Shown here piece by piece: positions 55,842 through 64,000 of a DNA stretch of 64,000 nucleotides. The stretch is from positions 2,392-66,391 of the forward strand of contig CAMNJE010000115.1 in the NCBI GenBank assembly GCA_946541195.1, in the 5' to 3' direction. The position numbers and the translations under genes were made by a program. Source of the DNA: an uncultured Prevotella sp. Its GTDB lineage: Bacteria > Bacteroidota > Bacteroidia > Bacteroidales > Bacteroidaceae. The notes beneath the pieces were generated by a model. That model saw nothing but the letters and a program-made list of their open reading frames with translations. It searched no databases and had not been told where the DNA came from. The stretch's first letter is position 1, and each line of letters begins with the position of its first letter.

Positions 55842-57398
55842 ATGCCTGAACAACAGAACAATAGCCAAAGAAGGCAAAGGCGTCAACAGCCTGTCGATAA
55901 TACCTATGGACACCTGCAGCCGCAGGCCTTGGAGGTGGAGAAGGCCGTGTTGGGCGCCTTGATGATTGATAAGGACGCATACGCCGTCGTCTGTGAGATC
56001 CTGCGGCCAGAGAGTTTCTACGAACCTCGCAACCAGATGGTTTATACGGCCATCCGTGACCTGAGTATGGCCGAGAAGCCTGTGGATGTGCTGACGGTGA
56101 CGGAGCAACTGGCAAAGTTGGGCACCCTCGATGAAGTGGGAGGACCTGGTTATATCGCGGAACTCAGTTCCCGTGTTGCCTCATCTGCCAATATCGAGTA
56201 TCATGCGAATATCATCGCCCAGAAGTCATTGGCTCGACAGTTGATCTCCTTTGCCAGTGTCATCGAGACCAAGGCCTTCGACGAGACCATCGACGTAGAG
56301 GATCTGATGCAGGAGGCGGAGGGCTCGCTCTTCGAACTCTCCCAGCGGAATATGAAGAAGGATTACACGGCTATCGACCCAGTCATCGACCAGGCCGTTA
56401 AGACTATCCAGGCTGCCGCTGCCAATACGGATGGACTGACGGGAGTGTCAACGGGCTATCATAAACTCGACGACATCACCAGTGGCTGGCAGGCATCTGA
56501 CCTTGTCATCATTGCTGGGCGTCCTGCCATGGGTAAGACGTCATTCGCGCTCTCCATGGCGAAGAATATCGCAGCAGATCTTCGTATTCCCATGGCTTTC
56601 TTCTCACTTGAAATGTCGAATGTGCAACTGGTGAACCGTCTGATCTCAAACGCCTGTGAGATTCGTGGCTCGAAGATCCTGAATGGGCAACTCGACCGTG
56701 AGGAGTGGAACCAACTGGACAAACGTATCAATAGCCTGATGGGTGCTCCGCTCTATATTGATGATACGCCAGGTCTGTCGGTATTTGAACTGCGTACAAA
56801 GGCCAGGCGGTTGGTGCGTGAACACGGTATCAAACTTATCATGATCGACTATCTGCAGTTGATGAATGCCAATGGTATGCGCTTCAGCAGTCGTCAGGAA
56901 GAGGTGTCAACGATATCTCGTTCGCTGAAAGGGCTGGCCAAGGAGTTGGATATACCAATCCTTGCGCTGAGTCAGTTGAACCGTGGTGTGGAAAGTCGAG
57001 AGGGATTGGAAGGCAAGCGTCCACAGTTGTCCGACCTACGTGAGTCAGGTGCCATCGAGCAGGATGCCGACATGGTGATCTTCGTACATCGTCCTGAATA
57101 CTATCATATCTATCAGGATGATAATGGCCGCGACCTGCATGGTATGGCGCAGATTATCATTGCCAAGCATCGTAAAGGTGCCACTGGTGACGTGCTGCTG
57201 ACGTTTAAGGGCGAATATACGCGCTTTGAGAATCCTGAAGACAAGAACCTCGGCAATCATGCTCCCATGGGTGGCGAGATCTTAGGCTCGAAGGTGAATG
57301 GTGGCAATAATACGCCGCCCGACATGCCAGATGGTTATGATCCCTTTGGCAGTTCTCCGATACCACCGCCTTCCAATGACGGACCTCTGCCATTCTAA
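55842..57398 (+). CDS. dnaB: Replicative DNA helicase DnaB
   Basis: 518 aa; AGRPAMGKT, FFSLEMS, IDYLQLM, LSQLNR, SDLRESGAIEQDAD, IAKHRKG. Confidence 0.97.
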   Translation: MPEQQNNSQRRQRRQQPVDNTYGHLQPQALEVEKAVLGALMIDKDAYAVVCEILRPESFYEPRNQMVYTAIRDLSMAEKPVDVLTVTEQLAKLGTLDEVGGPGYIAELSSRVASSANIEYHANIIAQKSLARQLISFASVIETKAFDETIDVEDLMQEAEGSLFELSQRNMKKDYTAIDPVIDQAVKTIQAAAANTDGLTGVSTGYHKLDDITSGWQASDLVIIAGRPAMGKTSFALSMAKNIAADLRIPMAFFSLEMSNVQLVNRLISNACEIRGSKILNGQLDREEWNQLDKRINSLMGAPLYIDDTPGLSVFELRTKARRLVREHGIKLIMIDYLQLMNANGMRFSSRQEEVSTISRSLKGLAKELDIPILALSQLNRGVESREGLEGKRPQLSDLRESGAIEQDADMVIFVHRPEYYHIYQDDNGRDLHGMAQIIIAKHRKGATGDVLLTFKGEYTRFENPEDKNLGNHAPMGGEILGSKVNGGNNTPPDMPDGYDPFGSSPIPPPSNDGPLPF

Positions 57399-57401
57399 TA
57401 A

Positions 57402-57436
57402 AGAAGAAGTCCTGCATGACCAGCAGGACTTCTTCT
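57402..57436. terminator. Bidirectional terminator between convergent dnaB and the TPR gene
   Basis: Perfect 14-bp stem AGAAGAAGTCCTGC / GCAGGACTTCTTCT with 7-nt loop, spanning the intergenic gap. Confidence 0.85.
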
Positions 57437-59131
57437 CTATTTGTATTTCTCGATCAAGGCTTCGGCCTGGGTGTCTCCCATATCCCTGGCTTTTTGCAGG
57501 TTCTGGATGCCTTCTGTCTTGTTGCCCGTCAGGCACTGGCCAAGTCCCAGGAACAGGTAGCCGTCACTGTTGTTGGCATCGATACTGATACACTCCTTAG
57601 CAGTGGATATGGCTTCCTGATAGAGTCCCACACGAATCTGCAAAGAAGCCTTCTCCGCATAGTAGAGAATCTCCTGGGGATTCATCTGGATGGCCTTGTC
57701 AATATCGTTGAGGGCTTGTTGGAAGAGCCGCCCCTGAATCTCTACTTGATGGCGTACATAGTAAAAATTGTCATTGATATTCGCTGCCATCAGTTCCTCG
57801 TAGTCGTTCATGTCGCTGATGGCATCACGATACTTGCCTGCATTGCGACGTGCCTGTGCCCTTTCCCAGAGATAGGGGGCCGCCTCCTTCAGATATGGCT
57901 TGGTGAAGGTGTTTACCGTCGAGTCCATCAATGCGAGCATGGAGGTCGTGTCATTCATCATCTGTTTGCATCTGGCAGCACTGAAGAAGAGTTCTGCGCG
58001 ATTCAGGTTCGTGCTCGTCAGATCCGTATAGATATGATAGGCTTCCTCGTATTTCTGCTGGGCATAGAGGATGTTGGCTTCAAACTGCCGATAGGTGGGC
58101 TGGGGATTGGAGCCGTTGGCGGCCTGGATCTCTGAAAGGGCCTTGTCAAGACTCCATCCGGCGAAAGGCCGATCACTCTGGTATATCTCTTTGTCGTAGA
58201 TCATACGGGCGTATGAGTAGTGGGTCTCGTCTTTCTTGTCAGACAACTTGAGTGCCTGTTCCATGTCTTTCTCAGCACTGGCGAAGTCGCCTCCTGCCGT
58301 CTCTTGCTGGGCACGATAGACGTAGCCGTCGGAGGCACTGGGGAACTGTCTTATGAAATCTTCGATAAGTGTGACGAATTCAGTGGAATCTACCATCGAA
58401 CTCGACAGATAGAGGGCAAGGGTGGCCTCCTTGATGTCTGATGGCAACTCTTTCCTGATCAGTGTCTGCTTCAAGGTGGCATCGTTAAAGGTCAGTCCTG
58501 TGATCTTCAGTGAATCCACGAAACGTGCACTGACGGCATAACTCAGGGTGTCTTTGTCTGAGGCAGGCTGCTGCATCATGCCGATGGCCTCACCAGCATC
58601 ATTGAGCAAGGGACAACTGACTAAGTTGTCAGTCATATCCATCGCCAGGGTGTAATAGGCATATTCGCCAAAGATCGGCTCTGCCTTCCTGACAGGACCG
58701 TTCTTCAGGTTCTTGGTCTCGTGATAGGGGAGTAGCCATGCTTGACTGCCGATGGGGGCCTTCGCCTGGCTGATGGCCAGTGGCTGCGACTTGGGACAGT
58801 TGACACGGAACTTCACCACATCGTACATGTCGTTGGCTCCCAGGATGCCTGTCACCTGCCACTCCTTGCCTGCTGCATCAATCACGGTGGCACGGGCCGC
58901 CCCCTTGAAGGGGGTGAAGTTGCTGACTGCCTCACCATGGCTTCCTGTGAAGAACCCGTTGGTGCTGGCAATCAGGGAACCGTCTGCAGCGAAGGTCTTC
59001 ACCGTGAATACAGCCTTCGAGGCTGACTTCGTCCAACTGGGTTGGGCTGATACAGGTAAAGAGGTGAAAAGGAACATGGGTAGGATACCCAGTATCCACC
59101 TGATTACCATCTTATTATTACATTTCTTCAT
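57437..59131 (-). CDS. Exported protein: trypsin-like (catalytically degenerate) domain + TPR repeats
   Basis: Start ATG 59131 or 59110; signal peptide ending VSA-Q; PLLNDAGEAIGM resembles the trypsin GGPL region; multiple TPR helices (e.g. NSDGYLFLGLGQCLTG). Confidence 0.72.
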   Translation of the reverse strand: MKKCNNKMVIRWILGILPMFLFTSLPVSAQPSWTKSASKAVFTVKTFAADGSLIASTNGFFTGSHGEAVSNFTPFKGAARATVIDAAGKEWQVTGILGANDMYDVVKFRVNCPKSQPLAISQAKAPIGSQAWLLPYHETKNLKNGPVRKAEPIFGEYAYYTLAMDMTDNLVSCPLLNDAGEAIGMMQQPASDKDTLSYAVSARFVDSLKITGLTFNDATLKQTLIRKELPSDIKEATLALYLSSSMVDSTEFVTLIEDFIRQFPSASDGYVYRAQQETAGGDFASAEKDMEQALKLSDKKDETHYSYARMIYDKEIYQSDRPFAGWSLDKALSEIQAANGSNPQPTYRQFEANILYAQQKYEEAYHIYTDLTSTNLNRAELFFSAARCKQMMNDTTSMLALMDSTVNTFTKPYLKEAAPYLWERAQARRNAGKYRDAISDMNDYEELMAANINDNFYYVRHQVEIQGRLFQQALNDIDKAIQMNPQEILYYAEKASLQIRVGLYQEAISTAKECISIDANNSDGYLFLGLGQCLTGNKTEGIQNLQKARDMGDTQAEALIEKYK

Positions 59132-59139
59132 ATTCAAGT

Positions 59140-60804
59140 TTAATTGTTTACCTTTAATAGTTGCTTGGCATTGAGGATGGCTGCTTCCGACACATCGCTG
59201 CCACTGAGCATCTGGGCTATCTCCGTGATACGTTCCTCTGGTGTCAGTTCATGCATACGGCTGATGGTTCCTTCTGCCGTTTCCTCCTTCTCTACTTTAT
59301 AGTGGGCAGTACCCAGGGCGGCTATCTGGGGCAGGTGGGTGATGCTGATCACCTGGCGCTCGTGCTGTCCCATCTCTTGCATGATCTCCGCCATCTTCTC
59401 GGCTATCTTGCCACTGACACCAGTGTCGATCTCGTCGAAGATGATGGTCGGCAGTTTCACGGCACCGCTGATCATGGCTTTCAGGGAGAGCATCACACGG
59501 GCGATCTCTCCTCCTGATGCTACCTGGGAGACTGGCTGGAGTGGGGTAGAACTGTTGGCGCTGAAGAGGAAGGCGACCTTGTCCTGGCCATTGGCTCCGA
59601 GGCCTGTTGGGACCATCTCGATGCTAAAGCGCACATTGGGCATCCCAAGTGGCACGAGTCGCGTCTGCATATCCTTCTCGATCTTCTGTGCGGCTTTACG
59701 GCGCAACAGCGTCAGTCCGTCGGCCTGTTTCTGACAGTCGGCTTTCAGCCGTTGGCTTTTGGCTTCCATCTCTGCCAGCGTCTCGTCGCCGTTCTCTATG
59801 CTGCTGAGTTGGCTTTTCAGTTCATCGCGCTTGGCAATGAGTTGGCTGATGGTCTCTGCGTGGTATTTCTTTTCCAGACTATAGAGCATGTCGAGCCGGT
59901 TATTGACGGCATCGAGTTCCGCTGGGTCGAAGTCTGTATTCTCCAGATGGCTGCTGATATCCTGGGCAATGTCCTTCAGTTCGATATAACTGCTGTCGAG
60001 GCGTTGCACCAGTTCCCTGATGTCAGGGAACACGCTTTCGATACCGCGGAGGGCAGAGACGGCAGTGCGCAGGGATCCTGTGACGCCCGTCTCTTCGGCA
60101 GACAGGGCATGGTCGGCTTCGTAGAGGGCACTCTTGATCTCCTCGGAGTGAGACATGGTATCGCTTTTCTTTTCCAGTTCTTCTTGTTCCCCTTCCGAGA
60201 GATTGGCCTGGGTCAGTTCGTCGCACTGGAACTGTAGGAAGTCCAGGTTCTGGCGGTTACGCTCGATAGCCTCCTTCATGGCCTCGAGTTCCCTTGTAAC
60301 GGTCTGATAGGCCTTGAACGTCTGCTGGTACCTTGCCAGTTCCTGCTGGTCCTTGGCAATGATATCCACCACGCTCAATTGGAAGTCCTGCTTGTTGAGC
60401 AGCAGGTTCTGGTGCTGTGAGTGTACATCGACGAGCCGTTCTCCGAGTTCCTTCAGCATGGTGAGTTGTACGGGCGTGTCGTTGATAAAGGCCCGGCTCT
60501 TGCCCGCGGCAGTCAACTCGCGGCGGATGATACAGTCCGTCGCATCGTATTCGATGTCGTTCTCTTCAAAGAAGGGCTCCATGCCATACCGTGAGAGGTC
60601 GAAGTGCGCCTCGATGATGCATCTCTCCGCACCTTGCTTGATGGTCTTGCTGTCGGCACGCTGTCCCAACAGCAGGGCGATGGCTCCGAGGATGATACTC
60701 TTACCTGCCCCCGTCTCACCAGTTATCACGGAGAATCCTGGATGCAGTACGATGTCCAGTTCATCGATCAGCGTGAAGTTCTTGATATAGATTCTTTTAA
60801 GCAT
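59140..60804 (-). CDS. recN: DNA repair protein RecN
   Basis: ATG 60804 (MLKRIYIKNF); ITGETGAGKS, ASGGEIARVMLSLK, IFDEIDTGVSG, ITHLPQIAA. Confidence 0.97.
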   Translation of the reverse strand: MLKRIYIKNFTLIDELDIVLHPGFSVITGETGAGKSIILGAIALLLGQRADSKTIKQGAERCIIEAHFDLSRYGMEPFFEENDIEYDATDCIIRRELTAAGKSRAFINDTPVQLTMLKELGERLVDVHSQHQNLLLNKQDFQLSVVDIIAKDQQELARYQQTFKAYQTVTRELEAMKEAIERNRQNLDFLQFQCDELTQANLSEGEQEELEKKSDTMSHSEEIKSALYEADHALSAEETGVTGSLRTAVSALRGIESVFPDIRELVQRLDSSYIELKDIAQDISSHLENTDFDPAELDAVNNRLDMLYSLEKKYHAETISQLIAKRDELKSQLSSIENGDETLAEMEAKSQRLKADCQKQADGLTLLRRKAAQKIEKDMQTRLVPLGMPNVRFSIEMVPTGLGANGQDKVAFLFSANSSTPLQPVSQVASGGEIARVMLSLKAMISGAVKLPTIIFDEIDTGVSGKIAEKMAEIMQEMGQHERQVISITHLPQIAALGTAHYKVEKEETAEGTISRMHELTPEERITEIAQMLSGSDVSEAAILNAKQLLKVNN

Positions 60805-60806
60805 CT

Positions 60807-61745
60807 CTAATTCTTGATGATATCCCAACTATTGCTCTGCGAAGCGTTGATGCTCATGAGCAGGTCGTAGATGCGTTCTTTCTCTTTCTGTGTGCCCTTC
60901 CCCTTGTAGATATTCGTCAGTTCGTCCTTTTTATAGTCCGTCCATATCTGTGGAAGTAGGCTCAGCGGCTTGTTCTCGTGAGCGGTCTTCAGGCCGTTCT
61001 CCAGGGCGTCTGAGATCTCCGTGCGCCCACGCTCGGCATTGTTCGTCATCTCGTCGAGCCCCTTACGGTAGTAGTCGTACTGCATCTGCCGCATGGGCTT
61101 CATCGACTCGTCAAGGTAGTCGTTGATGATGGCAAAGCGGTTACGACTGTCCTCAAAGGATTTCCAGCCTGGGAAGCCGAGGTCTTGGGCATTGTTCACG
61201 AGATACATGCAACGCTGTAGGATGTCTGTGCCACCCATGGGGGCAAAACTGTCGAGATCGAGGCCTATGATCAGGTAGGCATAGTAGGCGAAGAGTGCCG
61301 TCAACTGGTTGTCGATCACTTCATCGGTAAAGTTCAGTTGGTCGAACTGTGCAAACTCAAAGTGGAAGTTCTCATCCTTATTATTATATAAGGTGGAAGT
61401 GTAGGAGGCGTTATAGACGGGACGGTTGGCCTGGATCATCGCCGTACACTCGAAACGGTTCTCCTCGCGGTTGTACTTCGTGACGGTGATGTTGAAACTG
61501 CACTGTATGCGCTCGTTCTTCTGAAACTGCAGATTCGTCCATTGGCGTTCGTTGACAAACTGCTCGAGTGTCTGCTGCAGGTTCTCAAACACACTCACGT
61601 CAGTACCTGATATCTGACTGTGGTTGATGTTGATCTTTGCCTGGAGTTCCTGGGCAGAGACAGGTGAGAGTTGACGGTTGAGAATTGGGAGTTGCAAGAA
61701 CAAGACTATAAGCCATAGGGTCCTGTAGTTAATGCCTGTCATCAT
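60807..61745 (-). CDS. DUF4835 family exported protein
   Basis: Likely ATG 61745; signal peptide, AQELQAKININ, QANRPVYNASY, YAYLIIGLDLDSF. Confidence 0.8.
   Translation of the reverse strand: MMTGINYRTLWLIVLFLQLPILNRQLSPVSAQELQAKININHSQISGTDVSVFENLQQTLEQFVNERQWTNLQFQKNERIQCSFNITVTKYNREENRFECTAMIQANRPVYNASYTSTLYNNKDENFHFEFAQFDQLNFTDEVIDNQLTALFAYYAYLIIGLDLDSFAPMGGTDILQRCMYLVNNAQDLGFPGWKSFEDSRNRFAIINDYLDESMKPMRQMQYDYYRKGLDEMTNNAERGRTEISDALENGLKTAHENKPLSLLPQIWTDYKKDELTNIYKGKGTQKEKERIYDLLMSINASQSNSWDIIKN
61659..61693 (+). repeat. 7-nt periodic array inside the DUF4835 signal-peptide coding region
   Basis: GACAGGT GAGAGTT GACGGTT GAGAATT GGGAGTT (5 units). Confidence 0.55.
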
Positions 61746-61760
61746 ATCGCTTTCCTGATC

Positions 61761-61781
61761 TTTCAACTCTCCACTCTCCAC
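61761..61781 (-). repeat. Heptamer repeat immediately after the exonuclease stop codon
   Basis: Minus strand GTGGAGA GTGGAGA GTTGAAA. Confidence 0.65.
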
Positions 61782-62636
61782 TTACTTCATCTGTGCCTCG
61801 CGCAAGCGGATGCGTGTCAGCACCTGCTTGGTGTTATAGGTGAAGTCACCTCCGAGGATCCAACTGTAGTAGCCTGGGTCGATGCGCAGCACGTCGGCCA
61901 CGGGCAGACCCTTGTGCTTGCCGAAGTTGAACACTTCCACGAGCCTCGGGTTACCGTCTTTGTCGAGCAGGGGCTTGCCGTTGCGATCCTTTACTTCGCC
62001 CCAGACGATACGCCCTGCGAAATCCACGTTGCGGTTCATCTTCGAGAATTCGGCCAGTTGGTCCATATCGTTCTCCAGCACCTTCTCTGGGTCCTCATTG
62101 GCACCAGGGGCGTATTTGTCGAGTTCTCCCATCAGCACGCGGTAAGTGGCCTCCGTGTCCTGGTCGGCACGGTGGGCCTCGAAGTCGTCCTCCATCTTAC
62201 GCCCACAATAGAACTTATAGGCGGCAGCGAGATTGCGGCGCTCCATCTTGTGGAAGATGGTCTGTACGTCAATGAGGCGGCATTTCGCAAAGTCGAAGTC
62301 GATGCCTGCACGCAGGAACTCCTCTGCCAGCAGCGGGATGTCGAAGTGGTTGGAGTTGAAACCAGCAAAGTCGCAGCCCGTGAAGATGTCGGCCAGTTTT
62401 TGGCTCAGTTGCTTGAAGGTGGGCTTGTCCTTCACGTCCTCGTTGCTGATGCCCGTCAGGGTCACCACCTCTTCAGGGATGGGCTTCTCCGGGTTCACCA
62501 GTTCATTGCCTCGCAACTCATCCCCGTTGGGGAGCACCTTGATATAGGAAATCTGGATGATGCGGTCCTTCACCAGATCGAGCCCCGTCGTCTCCAGGTC
62601 GAAGATCACCAGTGGCTTCTTCAGATTCAGCCTCAT
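61782..62636 (-). CDS. DEDDh 3'-5' exonuclease (DNA polymerase III epsilon-like)
   Basis: 284 aa; FDLETTG, FNSNHFDIP, HRADQDT, C-terminal FNFGKHKG. Confidence 0.92.
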   Translation of the reverse strand: MRLNLKKPLVIFDLETTGLDLVKDRIIQISYIKVLPNGDELRGNELVNPEKPIPEEVVTLTGISNEDVKDKPTFKQLSQKLADIFTGCDFAGFNSNHFDIPLLAEEFLRAGIDFDFAKCRLIDVQTIFHKMERRNLAAAYKFYCGRKMEDDFEAHRADQDTEATYRVLMGELDKYAPGANEDPEKVLENDMDQLAEFSKMNRNVDFAGRIVWGEVKDRNGKPLLDKDGNPRLVEVFNFGKHKGLPVADVLRIDPGYYSWILGGDFTYNTKQVLTRIRLREAQMK

Positions 62637-62664
62637 AATTATGAATTATGCATTATGAATTAGT
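62637..62664 (-). repeat. Heptamer repeat forming the dnaN-exonuclease junction
   Basis: Plus strand AATTATG AATTATG CATTATG AATTAGT; contains the dnaN stop and abuts the next ATG. Confidence 0.75.
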
Positions 62665-63784
62665 CATTGATGAGCATGGGCATCATCAGCATCAGCACAT
62701 CCTGGTTCTCGGGCTGCTCAGAGGGGAGTACGAGTCCTGCGCGACTGGGGTCGGCCAACTGTATGATCACTTCCGGACAGTCGAAGTTGCTGAGCACCTC
62801 GATGAATGACGATCCCTTGAAGCCAATGGACATCGGCTGACCGTTGTACTCGCACGACATGCGCTCGGTAGCGGTCTTGGAGAAGTCGTAGTCCTCAGCG
62901 TCGAGTTGCAGTGTGGAACCTTCCACATGGAAGCGGATGAGGTTGCTGGAGTCGTTGGCAAAGGGCTGTACGCGACGGAGGGCTGCCAGCAGTCCGAGTC
63001 GATCCACGCGCAGTTCGTTGGGATTATTCTGCGGGATCACGCTGTTATAGTTGGGATAGCGCCCTTCGATCAGTCGGCACTGGATGGTACCGTCGCCGTA
63101 GTTCACTTCCGCATTGCGCTCGTCGAAGCGGATGGTCACGTCGCCACCGTCCTTGCCCAGCAGGTTGCGGAGCAGGTTGGCCGGCTTCTTCGGCAGGATG
63201 AAGGCGGCGGGCTGCTCACTCTTGATGGTGTATATCTTGTTGCGCACAAGTTTGTGGCCGTCGCTGGCCACCACGGCCAAACAGTCGGGTGTCAGGTCGA
63301 AGTAGATGCCGTTCATCACGGGGCGCAACTCGTCCTGGGCCGTGGCGAAGATAGAGCGGTTGATGTTCTCTGCCAGGATGGCATTGGGCAGGGTGATCGT
63401 GTTGGCAAAGTCGCTCACGGGCTGGGCCATGGGGAACTCATCTGCGTTCTCGATAGGCAGGGAGAAGAGTCCGTTCTGGTAGGATATCTTGACGATGTTC
63501 TGTTCCTGGTTCACGTCGAAGGTGATGGGCTGCTCGGAGAATCCCTTCACTGCCTCCAGCAAGTCGTGGTTGCCGATGGCAAAGCGGCTGTTGCCGTCGC
63601 TCTCTGTAAGTTGCAACTGGGTCTTCATCACGTTCTCGCTGTCAGAGGCCGTCAGGTACAATACGTTGTCGCTGATCTCGAAAACGAAGTCGCCAAGGAT
63701 GGGCAGGGCGTTCTTGCTGTTAATCACTCTTGAGAGGGCAGTGAGTTTGGTACTCAGTGCGGTGCTTGATAATGTAAATCTCAT
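62660..63784 (-). CDS. dnaN: DNA polymerase III beta sliding clamp
   Basis: 374 aa; MRFTLSS, RPVMNGIYF, VASDGHKL, LIEGRYPNYNSVIP, LMLMMPML. Confidence 0.97.
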   Translation of the reverse strand: MRFTLSSTALSTKLTALSRVINSKNALPILGDFVFEISDNVLYLTASDSENVMKTQLQLTESDGNSRFAIGNHDLLEAVKGFSEQPITFDVNQEQNIVKISYQNGLFSLPIENADEFPMAQPVSDFANTITLPNAILAENINRSIFATAQDELRPVMNGIYFDLTPDCLAVVASDGHKLVRNKIYTIKSEQPAAFILPKKPANLLRNLLGKDGGDVTIRFDERNAEVNYGDGTIQCRLIEGRYPNYNSVIPQNNPNELRVDRLGLLAALRRVQPFANDSSNLIRFHVEGSTLQLDAEDYDFSKTATERMSCEYNGQPMSIGFKGSSFIEVLSNFDCPEVIIQLADPSRAGLVLPSEQPENQDVLMLMMPMLIND

Positions 63785-63834
63785 AGTTTTATAGTTTTCT
63801 TTTTGTTCTTGATGACATATTTAATATTTGAGTA

Positions 63835-63866
63835 CAAAATTACAAAAAAACGTTGTAATGAGCAAA
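63835..63866 (-). promoter_or_regulatory. Sigma-A promoter for the dnaN operon
   Basis: Minus strand TTTG (63866-63863), 20-nt spacer, TAATTTTG (63842-63835). Confidence 0.78.
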
Positions 63867-63956
63867 ATTTTTGTGAGAAAATGATGGGATTCAAACTATT
63901 TTTAGTAATTTCGCCACGTGAAAACGAAAAAATCAACAAATAAAAACAATTGAGTA

Positions 63957-64000
63957 ATGGAATTAACAGGTAGAATCATTGCAGTACTCCCTGCAAACAG
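63957..64000 (+). CDS. 5' end of a probable DUF3127 family protein (truncated by the window)
   Basis: Hand translation MELTGRIIAVLPAN resembles the N-terminus of Bacteroidota DUF3127 proteins; only 14 codons are visible. Confidence 0.55.
   Translation, partial: MELTGRIIAVLPAN

Noticed and set aside
57416-63794. Long antisense ORFs (e.g. 57416-58135, 61914-62663, 62906-63733, 59752-60237)
   Set aside because: They lie opposite well-supported genes with strong GC3 bias, which leaves antisense frames open; the translations have no motifs or plausible start signals.
63783-63798. ATAGTTTT x2 upstream of dnaN
   Set aside because: Two copies of an AT-rich 8-mer; not distinguishable from chance.
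1-64000. rRNA, tRNA, CRISPR arrays, integrases, IS elements, prophage genes
   Set aside because: None recognised; intergenic space is small and accounted for except 29813-30653. A tRNAscan/Infernal run would be needed to exclude small RNAs.

Overview
Chromosomal window from a Bacteroidota genome, most likely Prevotella/Xylanibacter-like (inferred from TTTG-N19-22-TAnnTTTG promoters, a FeoA-FeoB fusion, DUF4494/DUF4835/DUF3127 genes and a Prevotella-style secretion tail). It is mostly housekeeping (acyl-CoA ligase, lolE-like permease, aminotransferase, yggS, ruvC, feoB, secA, lnb-like, lptC, ppiD, hppA, rarA, dnaB, recN, dnaQ-like, dnaN) with two AT-richer accessory blocks. (1) 11.7-17.2 kb: FkbH + MaoC dehydratase + SDR reductase + ACP + MBOAT + SGNH-like protein, appended to the secA operon; it looks like a Dlt/Alg-style trans-membrane acylation pathway with a glycolysis-derived (glyceryl/lactyl) donor. 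(2) 30.7-48.6 kb: a Wzy-type polysaccharide locus that opens with an in-frame fusion of a kinase-less Wzc-like co-polymerase to a complete lipoprotein Wza/OPX, followed by a CotH kinase and an NRPS-like acyl-tailoring cassette; no flippase is visible. Also seen: four apparent pseudo-enzymes or dead domains (kinase, PafA phosphatase, trypsin-TPR, PAP2), three candidate operator structures and several 7-nt periodic arrays at gene starts. I saw no rRNA, tRNA, CRISPR array, integrase or IS element. All family assignments come from motif recognition by eye, not from database searches.
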